Positions 48,527-57,318 of a stretch of DNA of 64,000 nucleotides are shown in pieces (the first letter of the stretch is position 1; each line of letters starts with the position of its first letter). Under the pieces are notes generated by a model. It ran no database searches, was not told the DNA's origin, and saw only the letters and a program-made list of their open reading frames with translations. This DNA is from a virus, in the IMG/VR virus record IMGVR_UViG_3300037808_000992, positions 36,985-100,984 of that record. The stretch is one strand, 5' to 3'. A program made the position numbers and the translations under genes.

Positions 48527-48739
48527 ATGAACATAAAGAATATTACTATATCGCTAGGAAGAACTATAAATCTTGGCAATTTTGAAAGCGTGAGAATGGA
48601 TGTTTCTATTGAATCAGAAGTTAATCACACTACGTATGACGCAGAGTTTGAAAGTTTAAAATTAATTGTTACCGAGAAACTGTATCAACTAATTGCTGAC
48701 CCTTCCATATCAGGGCACCTCCCTAAAGCGGGGACCTAA
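48527..48739 (+). CDS. Small phage protein
   Basis: GRTINLGNFESVRMD motif familiar from phage replication clusters. Confidence 0.6.
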   Translation: MNIKNITISLGRTINLGNFESVRMDVSIESEVNHTTYDAEFESLKLIVTEKLYQLIADPSISGHLPKAGT

Positions 48740-48909
48740 TGTGGTTATTAGCTGCTCTTGTTTTGTTTGCGTCTCCTTATGAGGCCGAGCCCGTGTCTTA
48801 CGATTACGAAACCACCCCGTGTTATGTAAATCGTGAGTGCGGTGTGGGGGAGTGTTGGGTTGGGATATGCGAGAAAGGTTTTTGCGTAGCCTACTTTAGT
48901 TGCGTATGA
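48739..48909 (+). CDS. 56-aa putatively exported 6-Cys peptide (not in ORF track)
   Basis: MWLLAALVLFASPYEAEPVSYDYETTPCYVNRECGVGECWVGICEKGFCVAYFSCV; TAATG and ATGA overlaps fill the gap exactly. Confidence 0.6.
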   Translation: MWLLAALVLFASPYEAEPVSYDYETTPCYVNRECGVGECWVGICEKGFCVAYFSCV

Positions 48910-49988
48910 AGATTGCATTATTTTCTGATTTACATGCTCACCCTTTCAAAAATGGAACTGTCGATGAGCACGGTCGTAATAGTCGTGTAGAAGACGCTGT
49001 GGGTGTCATTCGGCAGGTGTATTCTGAAGGCGCTAAGCGTGGGGTTGATTATGTTTTGTTTGGAGGTGATCTATTTGATCGTCGTAAAAGCATTGATGTA
49101 GATACCTATAATCGTATTCACGAAGTGGTAACGACTCAATCGTTGAGTATTCCTACTTACATGATTCCTGGTAATCATGATCAGGCAAATAAATCCGGCA
49201 CCATTCACGCGCTTCAGAGATTCCACTCCGATTCCTGTTTTATTTTTCAGGAGCCTAAATGGGTAAAATTGAATTCTGATACGGCGTTGTTTGGAGTTCC
49301 CTATTACGATGATGGGGAACTGATTGCTGAGCATGTCGTGAAGGGGCTCAGGAAGAAACCTAAGGGTGTTTCTAAAACCATCTTACTGATGCACTACGGC
49401 GTAGCCGGTGCTAAGATTGGACCCTCGGACTACGTTCTCCCTTGTGAGCTTAGTGTGGACATGCTTAAGCCTGCTAAGTGGGACATTATCTTTGGAGGCC
49501 ACTACCATATTGGCCAACGGATAGGAGATAAGTTCAATTACATTGGATCGGCCTTGCAGCATCGTTGGGATGATGTAGGTTTCGAGAAGTCTTTTGTGGT
49601 TCTGGATACGGAAGATTGGTCTATTGAGCGTGTTCCTACTGTAGCTCCGAGTTTTGTAGTTGTAGAAGATTTAGAGAATTTCGATCTCTTGGATGTAGGT
49701 AATTCTTTTGTACGAGTTGTTTTACCGTCTTCCCCTTCTGATGACGTAAAAGATATGGTGTCTACTACGTTTGCCGAGGCTGGTGCGTTGTCTGTTGAGT
49801 TTAGAATTGTCCCTGCGGAAGTGGATGATATTCCTACTGATCGTATTGAGTTTAGTGAGGGTAGTGGAACGTCGGGCGTTTTAGAGGACTATATTAAATC
49901 AGATGTCGTAGATACTGCTGGGTTTGATATTAAGAAACTGCTTAAACTAGGGAAAGATTTAATCCAAGAGGCTACTTATGATCATTAA
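48906..49988 (+). CDS. sbcD: SbcD/Mre11-like nuclease
   Basis: SDLH, GGDLFD, PGNHD, GHYH, YIGS. Confidence 0.88.
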   Translation: MKIALFSDLHAHPFKNGTVDEHGRNSRVEDAVGVIRQVYSEGAKRGVDYVLFGGDLFDRRKSIDVDTYNRIHEVVTTQSLSIPTYMIPGNHDQANKSGTIHALQRFHSDSCFIFQEPKWVKLNSDTALFGVPYYDDGELIAEHVVKGLRKKPKGVSKTILLMHYGVAGAKIGPSDYVLPCELSVDMLKPAKWDIIFGGHYHIGQRIGDKFNYIGSALQHRWDDVGFEKSFVVLDTEDWSIERVPTVAPSFVVVEDLENFDLLDVGNSFVRVVLPSSPSDDVKDMVSTTFAEAGALSVEFRIVPAEVDDIPTDRIEFSEGSGTSGVLEDYIKSDVVDTAGFDIKKLLKLGKDLIQEATYDH

Positions 49989-51129
49989 TTACCCTAAAGC
50001 CGCTAGTTACAGCGATAGTTTTTTAAAGAAGGTCGGGAGAGATCGAGAGTGGCTACTTTCTTGGGCCGTCGATCATGCTGTTGTCCAAGGGACGGTGTAC
50101 CCTGAGGACGATGGTGATTTTGTAAATGCCGTTGTATCTATCCAAATTGTCTTGTTCGATGCGGAAAGTGTGGCTGATATCGATGGCCGGTTAGGACCTG
50201 CTACCTATGGCAGAATGATGACCTACGAAGAGTCGCTGGTTGAAGAAGAGACGCAGCCGGAACCCATCCAGACGGGCGATTACATGATTTTTGCAGGGGA
50301 GAAAATTCAAGTCCCTGGGGTAGATATTGTAAGTTTCGATGAGGTAGGGAGTCTGTCTTTCGTAGACTCAACTCGGAAGGGTTATTACAAGTGGCCTAAG
50401 CCTATTGATGAAATGTTGGGAGGTACGTCGGACTACGCTTACCTTCTCAGCACGATTCATTGGGACGCTGCTTTGAGTGCTTCTTCAGCTTTTAACATTC
50501 TGAAGAAGCGAGGCTATTCCTCTTCTTTTGGAATTGATAATCCTGATAAAGAAACTGGAGTGGTAAAGGTGTTTGAGTGGTTGGATCCGGGTTTATATCG
50601 GGGAGCACACGGCGGAACTAAGGCTAACAGAGCTTCTGTGGCTAGTTTTGATTTGAGTAATGCTGTTTATACAAAATACGCGAATCGATATTTAAAAAAG
50701 ACGAACATTTTGCGTCCGGTTATCACTCCTAGATTTCACCACACTAAGAAAACGATGCTTGGGATGTACAAGGGTCAAGTGGTAGCCCTTCTACGCATAT
50801 TGAAAGCATTGGCTGAACGGACTGGATTGCCTTTGGTGTTTCCTGTAGACGAAACGGGTGAGCCTATTAGAAAGGTGTATGAGGATCTCTTCAGTAAAAA
50901 ATATCACGGAGCACATACGCACATGCACATCACTCGAAAGAAGTGGGATGTTGCTGGTTTGGAGGATCAGATTATTATCTTGTTACTTACTGATCCTGCT
51001 TTGTTTACAGAATTCCCGACGCTGGTGGAGTGCTTCAGACTCCAGGACAGTCGGTGGGCTAAATGGTTAGATGATAAGAAAAAAAGGTGGCAGTGGGATG
51101 AAATTGGTTGGGTTGCCAATGTCAGTTAA
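49978..51129 (+). CDS. N-acetylmuramoyl-L-alanine amidase (Amidase_2-like) with N-terminal PG-binding-like domain
   Basis: DGRLGPATY; IHWD, SSSFGID, AHGG..ANRAS, HMHITRKKWD. Confidence 0.7.
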   Translation: MIINYPKAASYSDSFLKKVGRDREWLLSWAVDHAVVQGTVYPEDDGDFVNAVVSIQIVLFDAESVADIDGRLGPATYGRMMTYEESLVEEETQPEPIQTGDYMIFAGEKIQVPGVDIVSFDEVGSLSFVDSTRKGYYKWPKPIDEMLGGTSDYAYLLSTIHWDAALSASSAFNILKKRGYSSSFGIDNPDKETGVVKVFEWLDPGLYRGAHGGTKANRASVASFDLSNAVYTKYANRYLKKTNILRPVITPRFHHTKKTMLGMYKGQVVALLRILKALAERTGLPLVFPVDETGEPIRKVYEDLFSKKYHGAHTHMHITRKKWDVAGLEDQIIILLLTDPALFTEFPTLVECFRLQDSRWAKWLDDKKKRWQWDEIGWVANVS

Positions 51130-51370
51130 GGAGCAACTAGGGGAAGTTAACCCAGATGCTTTATTAGCGGATGGCTTTGAAGATTGTTTTATAGGTATGA
51201 CCTGCGGGGCTACCTCGTTAGCTGTTTATGATTACGACGCTTGCGTGGAGCTACTTATGATCAGGGACACTATGACTTATGGCGATGCCATAGAGTTTAT
51301 GGAATTTAATGTGGTCGGTGCGTATATGGGGAAGGAGACACCGTTATTTGTTCTGTTAGATAAAGATTAA
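51119..51370 (+). CDS. Small phage protein
   Basis: ADGFEDCFIG...AVYD...AIEFMEFNVVGAYMG.ETP motif common in phages. Confidence 0.65.
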   Translation: MSVKEQLGEVNPDALLADGFEDCFIGMTCGATSLAVYDYDACVELLMIRDTMTYGDAIEFMEFNVVGAYMGKETPLFVLLDKD

Positions 51371-51407
51371 TTATATTAGTTAGTTATAAATACAAAGGTA
51401 TAAATAT

Positions 51408-53339
51408 ATGAATCTGTTATCAGTTACTTTAGAGAACTTCTTAATAATATCTAAAGCCACTATAGCACTCCAAAATCGAGGTCTTGTTCGTATTGCAGGT
51501 GAAAATACTGACGACACGACTTCGATTAGTAATGGGTCTGGTAAATCTACATTGATTGAGGGGATTTACTGGGGGCTTTTTGGGGATAGCTTGAGAAATC
51601 TTAAATCTTCCGATGATGTGGTTAACCGCACTGTGGGGAAGAATTGTTCTGTGGTACTGGAGTTTGAAGAGGGCGAGACTTCTTACCGCGTTGAGCGATA
51701 TCGAAAACATTCCAAGAAGAAGAACAACTTATATCTGTATATTAATGATGTAGATTCTCGGGGAAAAGATAATCGTGAAACTCAAACGTATATTGAAGAC
51801 ATCGTGGGCATGGATAAAACTTCCTTTTCTAATTCCATTGTTTTTGGTCAAGGTCATTCGAAAAACCTCAAACGATTCTCGGAGATGACTGACTCTGAGA
51901 AGAAAGCCACTCTTGAAAAAGTGCTTTCTTTGGAAGTGTTCGGAAAAGCTTTTGATAAGACAAAAGAGAAGTTGTCTGAATTAGAGACGGGCATAGCCCT
52001 TAAAAGGCAAGCGTTAGAGTCTCTTGAGACTAAATTAGTAGAGATGGCACAGCAGACGAAAGACGCCTCTCAGGGTTTGGGGCAGTTTGAAGATCGTCGC
52101 AATAGCCGAATAGCTGATGTGTTGGGCGAGCGAGACGCGTTACTGAGGACCTTGGAAGACCTGGATCAAAATTTAGTAGCTATTAAAAGTAACCACACCT
52201 CTATAGAAGAATTAGATCAGACCATGGAGGCGTGTGAAGAGCTTCTTGCTGATCAGATGAAGGAAATAGATAGCCTGAAGGAAGGGATAGGGGAACGAAA
52301 AACAAAGATTCTATCTACCACCCAGTCTATCAACGCAGACATCCAACGACATAAGAAACAGTTGGACTCCCTTAGCGACGGATCGGACGCAGGGGGGAGG
52401 TGTGAGTATTGCGCCAGCGTGATTGTACAAACTAACCTTGATCATGAGAGGGACGGGTTGGAGTTTGAAATAGAAGATAGAGAGCGCAGTGTAAAATCGT
52501 TAAATACTGAACTTGAAACTTTAGTGAGCGAATACGAGAAGAAACGTGAGTCTGTCGATGCGATTATCGGAGACATTAATGACGTTATAAAAGCGTGTAA
52601 GTCTCAACAGGCGACCTTCCACACTACCCAACGTCATATCGATAGGATGGAGTTGGAGGTCAAGCACGCACAGACTACTGCTGACGATAAAGCTCAACAG
52701 GCTAAAGATATAGAAACAGAGGATAATCCGTGGAAGAGCATTGTTGCTAATTTAGAAACTGCGACGAAGGGACTGGAAGCGGAGAAAGAGGGATTTAAAG
52801 AAGCTTTTTCTGAGTATGAGGAGGAGCTTAAGATCTTATCTTTTTGGAGAACTGCGTTTTCCAGACAAGGCATACGATCCTTCTTACTCGATAAAATAGT
52901 TCCGTTCCTAAATGAGCGCGTGGCGCACTATCTTGCAATCCTCACGGACGGGGGCATCACCGCTAAATTCTCTACAGTAAAACGTTTGGCCTCAGGGGAA
53001 TACCGAGAGAACTTTAATCTTGAAGTAACCAATCGTCACGCGTCTGAGTCCTACGAAGGAAACAGTGGTGGGGAAAAGAGGCGGATTGATTTAGCAGTGG
53101 CTTTAGCGTTTAACGATTTTTTAGCTTCCCGAAGCGGTAAACGATTCAATATCTTATTATTGGATGAGGTTTTTGAAGGTGTTGACGCAGAAGGGTTGTA
53201 TTACGTTATTAAAGTTCTTGAAGATCTAGCCCGTCGTAAGTCGTCGGTGTTTGTTATTACTCACCGAGACGAATTAAAAAGCTATTTCTCTGATGAAATT
53301 TTAGTAAAGAGAGAGGCAGGACTAAGTTTAGTTGCCTAG
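51408..53339 (+). CDS. sbcC: SbcC/Rad50-like SMC ATPase
   Basis: NGSGKST, coiled coils with CEYC hook, SGGEKRR, LLLDEVF, VITH. Confidence 0.92.
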   Translation: MNLLSVTLENFLIISKATIALQNRGLVRIAGENTDDTTSISNGSGKSTLIEGIYWGLFGDSLRNLKSSDDVVNRTVGKNCSVVLEFEEGETSYRVERYRKHSKKKNNLYLYINDVDSRGKDNRETQTYIEDIVGMDKTSFSNSIVFGQGHSKNLKRFSEMTDSEKKATLEKVLSLEVFGKAFDKTKEKLSELETGIALKRQALESLETKLVEMAQQTKDASQGLGQFEDRRNSRIADVLGERDALLRTLEDLDQNLVAIKSNHTSIEELDQTMEACEELLADQMKEIDSLKEGIGERKTKILSTTQSINADIQRHKKQLDSLSDGSDAGGRCEYCASVIVQTNLDHERDGLEFEIEDRERSVKSLNTELETLVSEYEKKRESVDAIIGDINDVIKACKSQQATFHTTQRHIDRMELEVKHAQTTADDKAQQAKDIETEDNPWKSIVANLETATKGLEAEKEGFKEAFSEYEEELKILSFWRTAFSRQGIRSFLLDKIVPFLNERVAHYLAILTDGGITAKFSTVKRLASGEYRENFNLEVTNRHASESYEGNSGGEKRRIDLAVALAFNDFLASRSGKRFNILLLDEVFEGVDAEGLYYVIKVLEDLARRKSSVFVITHRDELKSYFSDEILVKREAGLSLVA

Positions 53340-53341
53340 AG

Positions 53342-53587
53342 GTGGTTATGGTTACTGGGGTTTATACCTTTATTTCGTTTGTGTGTATCTACTACTTACT
53401 CTTGTCGGTGGTAGATGCCGTAGGAAGTGTTAGAAAATATAAGGCAGAAATTAGAAAATATAAGGAAGAGGTTGGCGTTTCACAAAGCCCTTCTTCGATT
53501 CAAATTAAGTTTGACTCGAATTTAGACTTGGCTGTTGTTGCTGTGATTTATTTGGTTTCTTACTATTCAGGGCTGTTCCACGGGTAG
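53342..53587 (+). CDS. Small membrane protein
   Basis: Two hydrophobic segments. Confidence 0.5.
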   Translation: MVMVTGVYTFISFVCIYYLLLSVVDAVGSVRKYKAEIRKYKEEVGVSQSPSSIQIKFDSNLDLAVVAVIYLVSYYSGLFHG

Positions 53588-53683
53588 TGGAATAAGCAAA
53601 ACCTTGACACAGAGAGGTGTTTTACCGTTATCCTGTAAGGTGAAGCTTGTGGAAATGAGCGTATAAATGAGTTTAGAAAAAGT

Positions 53684-54277
53684 GTGGTAAATAGAGTGGC
53701 TGATTTTATACCTAGTGTTCCTGATGATATTGGCGTGGTTAATTCCCGGTCTCGATCTGGCAGAAAGGCGAGAAACAAAGGCAGTTCCTTTGAGCGGAAG
53801 ATAGGCAAGTCCCTGGAAGAGTTTTGGGACGCACGATTTTTTAGAACTCCAATGTCTGGAGGGTCTGCGCTTAAGCACGATTATAATTTAGCGGGTGACC
53901 TAAGTACTCCCGATGAGACGTGGCCGTTTCACGTAGAGTGTAAAAACCAAGAAGCCTTGGGCAAGTTCTTCACAATCTTCACGTCAGAAAAGTGCCCTGT
54001 GTGGAAGTGGTGGGATCAAACGATGACCGAGTGTCCTGCGGATAAGCTTCCCCTTTTAATATTTACCAAGAATTATTTTCCAATTTTTTGCCTAATGAAG
54101 GCTTCCTTCTGGCTCTCCCTTAACCATTCGGAGGGTGCTCAGCCGGAAGGATTGGAGTACTCCGCTACTTTATTCGTAGGTGATGTAGTTGTGGTTACTT
54201 TGGATAGGTTTCTTAGTTTAGGAAAAGAAAAATGTTTAACAGCATCAAAAAGTTTTTTAGACGTAATGAATCAATAG
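53684..54277 (+). CDS. Holliday junction resolvase, PD-(D/E)XK type
   Basis: NKGSSFER, RTPMSGG, GDL, HVECK. Confidence 0.85.
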   Translation: MVNRVADFIPSVPDDIGVVNSRSRSGRKARNKGSSFERKIGKSLEEFWDARFFRTPMSGGSALKHDYNLAGDLSTPDETWPFHVECKNQEALGKFFTIFTSEKCPVWKWWDQTMTECPADKLPLLIFTKNYFPIFCLMKASFWLSLNHSEGAQPEGLEYSATLFVGDVVVVTLDRFLSLGKEKCLTASKSFLDVMNQ

Positions 54278-54351
54278 AAGTAGAGCGGTGTTCGGGGTGT
54301 GGTAAAATACTCCTCCGATGCACTTGTGACGATAACGGTTTAGATAAGTAG
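54232..54351 (+). CDS. 39-aa Cys4 peptide (not in ORF track)
   Basis: MFNSIKKFFRRNESIEVERCSGCGKILLRCTCDDNGLDK; fills gap before NYN gene. Confidence 0.35.
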   Translation: MFNSIKKFFRRNESIEVERCSGCGKILLRCTCDDNGLDK

Positions 54352-54359
54352 GCGTTTTT

Positions 54360-54935
54360 ATGCAGAATCGACAGAATCGATATTATGTAGCAGTAGATAT
54401 TCAAAACCTTTGGTACTCGTGCCGTAATTCATTTGGGTCTGGTTACCGGGTAGATTATAGGCAGCTTCAGGAGTACATCTACGACATTACGGACGGCGTA
54501 GATCCTGTGATTACATGCGTGGCTTATTTAATTGCTTCGCCTAATCACGATCAAACTAACTTCCTTAATACACTGAGAAATCTTGGGTTTAGAGTAAAGA
54601 AGCGAAATCTTTATTACGATCCAGAAAAGAAAAGTGCCACTAACACCAATTGGGATGTAGGGATTACTGCCGATGCTTTTTTGAATCTAGATCAGTACGA
54701 CACACTTATTCTTATTAGTGGAGATGGGGATTTTGTGTACATGGCTGACCCTATTATAGATCAAGGCAAAGAGGTCATAGTGGCTTCTTTTGAGAAATCA
54801 CTGAACAAGGGCTTAGCCAATGCCGCCAGCAAAGTTTACTACTTAGAGGATGACGTTGTTTATTCTCCGCGAGGAAGCAACCGCCCTAAGCATCCTTCGC
54901 ATGTAGACCTTGATGATGATTTTGCTGGTGCGTAG
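54360..54935 (+). CDS. NYN domain (LabA/DUF88, PIN-like) nuclease
   Basis: VDIQNL, WDVGITADA, LISGDGDF, GKEVIV. Confidence 0.88.
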   Translation: MQNRQNRYYVAVDIQNLWYSCRNSFGSGYRVDYRQLQEYIYDITDGVDPVITCVAYLIASPNHDQTNFLNTLRNLGFRVKKRNLYYDPEKKSATNTNWDVGITADAFLNLDQYDTLILISGDGDFVYMADPIIDQGKEVIVASFEKSLNKGLANAASKVYYLEDDVVYSPRGSNRPKHPSHVDLDDDFAGA

Positions 54936-56668
54936 TGAGTACAGGCTCGCTAGGCAGTTCGGGGCTAACACAACCCCAAATAGACGCACTCCGTATGGAG
55001 AACTTAGGGGCGTGGTGTGCGATAAATAAGTTTAAAGTCGATCACCGCCCGTTCACTTTCCATAACCGAGCTTTTCTTAAAAGTATTTATCTTTGCAATA
55101 ACCCACGTATTTCGGTGAGGAAGTGTACTCAGGTGGGGCTTACCATCTGGATGATTTTAAAAGTACTTCACCGCTTGCGCTACGCTGAACACGTTAGATC
55201 TAAACTTCCTATGAAGGGAGGGTTTTATTTTCCCGTTTTTGATTCAGTGGCTAAGTTTTCAAAAGATAGACTTCGACCTTTGATTTATGAAATTCCTGAG
55301 TTTAAGGAAAATATCTCCAGTACCCCTAGCATTGATCTGGTGCAGTTTGGCAGTAGTTCTCTTTACTTATCTTACACGGGTGGTGTAGCCACGATGGATT
55401 CTACGCCGATGGATATCTTGTGTATGGATGAGGTTCGACTCATGGCCCCTCCCACTATTAACCAGCTAGAAGAGCGGTTAAGTGGTTCTCCGCACCCGGA
55501 GCTTTATAAGATAAGTACTGCAGGTTACCCCAATGACGCTATCGATAAGGCGTTTATGTTTGGTACGCAGAACACGTGGCACACGACATGTAATTGCAGT
55601 GATGGGGTTATTCTCTCAGACATTTTCCCCGAGTGCGTTGGTCAACGGACTAATTTAAAGTCTGGTAAACCGGAGTATTTCTATCTGTGTCCGACGTGTA
55701 AGAAAGAAGATCTTGTTGCTCAAGAGGGTCGTTATATAGAACATAACCCTACTTCTGATCATGCCAGTTTTCATATTCACCAGATGTTGTCTGCTACTCG
55801 AAATGCTAAGCAGATCTGGGAGCGTTATATAACTACGGATAACCCTAAAGAGTTTTATAACGCTACGCTGGGCAGACCTTATGTGGATGAGTCTAATATT
55901 GGAGCCACTGAGAGTGAGTTAGAGGCGTGTGTAAATACGGATATTAGTTGGGGTTCCGATATGACTAATACCTGTATGGGGGTGGACCAGAGATCAGGAG
56001 ACCTACATGTTGTTATCGCTAAGAACATTAACAATAAGAAGCGCCTCATTCATGTAGAGGTGGTAGATAATAAGAGTTCAAAATATAAAGTTGAGGGGGA
56101 AATTGTCACTCCGTTTAAGCGTTTATACGCTTTAATGACGGAGTATGATGTAGATCTGTGCGTGTTGGATGCTTTACCCAACGCGAATGAAGCTAAGGAC
56201 TTCGCCAGAGCGTTCCCAGGGCGAGTTTTCCTCGCTTACTACCGTTCGAGTCAGGATATGGTTAAGTGGTCCGATATGAACACCAGAGCGGCTGCTAGTG
56301 CGGGCAGGAAGAACAGTGAAGACTTGAAGTTTAAGTGGGTGGTGTTTTTAGACCGTTACAAGAGTATAGATTACGCACTGCGTCAGTGGGTTAACCGTCG
56401 CGTGGAGTGCCCCAATCCAAAAGGGTTAATGCAGGAGATTAGAAATCCTAAAACGGGTGCTTACGATCCAGAGTTTGTGTGCCGAGACCAATTATTCCTA
56501 CACCTGCGGTCCATTTGTAGGGAGTTGGTGCAGAACAAGAATGATCCTACTAACTATCGTTATAGGTGGACCTATTTAGGATTAGACCCTCACCTACTTC
56601 ACTCGTGGAATTACCTATGCGTGGCTTTAGAACGTCGTAAGCGTGCGTTTAACTTTGAGTTTATCTAG
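54935..56668 (+). CDS. terL: Terminase large subunit, GpA-type
   Basis: RKCTQVGLT Walker A, CMDEV Walker B, ISTAGYP, FYNATLGRPY, MGVDQ, DPHLLHS. Confidence 0.88.
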   Translation: MSTGSLGSSGLTQPQIDALRMENLGAWCAINKFKVDHRPFTFHNRAFLKSIYLCNNPRISVRKCTQVGLTIWMILKVLHRLRYAEHVRSKLPMKGGFYFPVFDSVAKFSKDRLRPLIYEIPEFKENISSTPSIDLVQFGSSSLYLSYTGGVATMDSTPMDILCMDEVRLMAPPTINQLEERLSGSPHPELYKISTAGYPNDAIDKAFMFGTQNTWHTTCNCSDGVILSDIFPECVGQRTNLKSGKPEYFYLCPTCKKEDLVAQEGRYIEHNPTSDHASFHIHQMLSATRNAKQIWERYITTDNPKEFYNATLGRPYVDESNIGATESELEACVNTDISWGSDMTNTCMGVDQRSGDLHVVIAKNINNKKRLIHVEVVDNKSSKYKVEGEIVTPFKRLYALMTEYDVDLCVLDALPNANEAKDFARAFPGRVFLAYYRSSQDMVKWSDMNTRAAASAGRKNSEDLKFKWVVFLDRYKSIDYALRQWVNRRVECPNPKGLMQEIRNPKTGAYDPEFVCRDQLFLHLRSICRELVQNKNDPTNYRYRWTYLGLDPHLLHSWNYLCVALERRKRAFNFEFI

Positions 56669-56676
56669 GAGGCAGT

Positions 56677-57318
56677 ATGGCTAGGACACCCGTTACATCC
56701 AAAGACGATGATAGAGTGAAGCAAAAAGAAGCTTTAATGCTTCGTAGCGAAGATTTGATTGAACGCAGGCGTCTTAATGTGATCCAGTTGCGTCTCCAAG
56801 GCATGACGGTGAGTGAGGTAGCCGAGCGATTAAAGGTATCTACAGATACTATTGCTAAAGACATCGATGCGGTTAGAAACTCTAACGCTAAACATGTAGA
56901 GAGATTTAACCAGAAAGATTTTGTAGGTGACACTCTTAGCGTATATGACGCGATTGAAAGAGATGCGTGGTCTCAGGTAGCCATCCTTCCCGAAGGGGAC
57001 TCCCGTCGTGTGAAGTTTCTTGATGCGGTAAGAAATACTCGTAAAGAGCAAATTAAACTATTGCAGAACAGTGGCCTTTTACATAAAGAAGCAGAGAAGG
57101 TTGAAGTCCAAGTTACGACTCAAGTTATTGAAAATTGGACAGACGAGCAGAAGTTACGGATTTCGGAAGCAGTGGTGGAAGCCTCACTAGAGGACTTCAT
57201 CGCGTTACCGGAAGTTAAAGAAGTAAAAATTCCAAGTATAAAAGATATAGATTTAGAGGACTTTGCTGAGTTTTCTACCTCAGTAGATATAGATCATGAA
57301 AAAGAAGAGTCTGAGTAA
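56677..57318 (+). CDS. Terminase small subunit-like HTH protein
   Basis: RLQGMTVSEVAERLKVSTDTIAKD HTH plus helical oligomerisation region; directly after terL. Confidence 0.65.
   Translation: MARTPVTSKDDDRVKQKEALMLRSEDLIERRRLNVIQLRLQGMTVSEVAERLKVSTDTIAKDIDAVRNSNAKHVERFNQKDFVGDTLSVYDAIERDAWSQVAILPEGDSRRVKFLDAVRNTRKEQIKLLQNSGLLHKEAEKVEVQVTTQVIENWTDEQKLRISEAVVEASLEDFIALPEVKEVKIPSIKDIDLEDFAEFSTSVDIDHEKEESE

Noticed and set aside
51385-51406. Two TATAAATA boxes (also 38443) resembling T4 late promoters
   Set aside because: AT-rich spacers upstream of replication genes, not structural genes; no gp55-like sigma in the window
53604-53634. TTGACA-N19-TATCCT promoter before the resolvase
   Set aside because: Plausible, but the spacer is too long for a confident call
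44137-56668. Introns, inteins or homing endonucleases in polA, recA, terL
   Set aside because: Proteins are contiguous and of normal length with no splicing motifs
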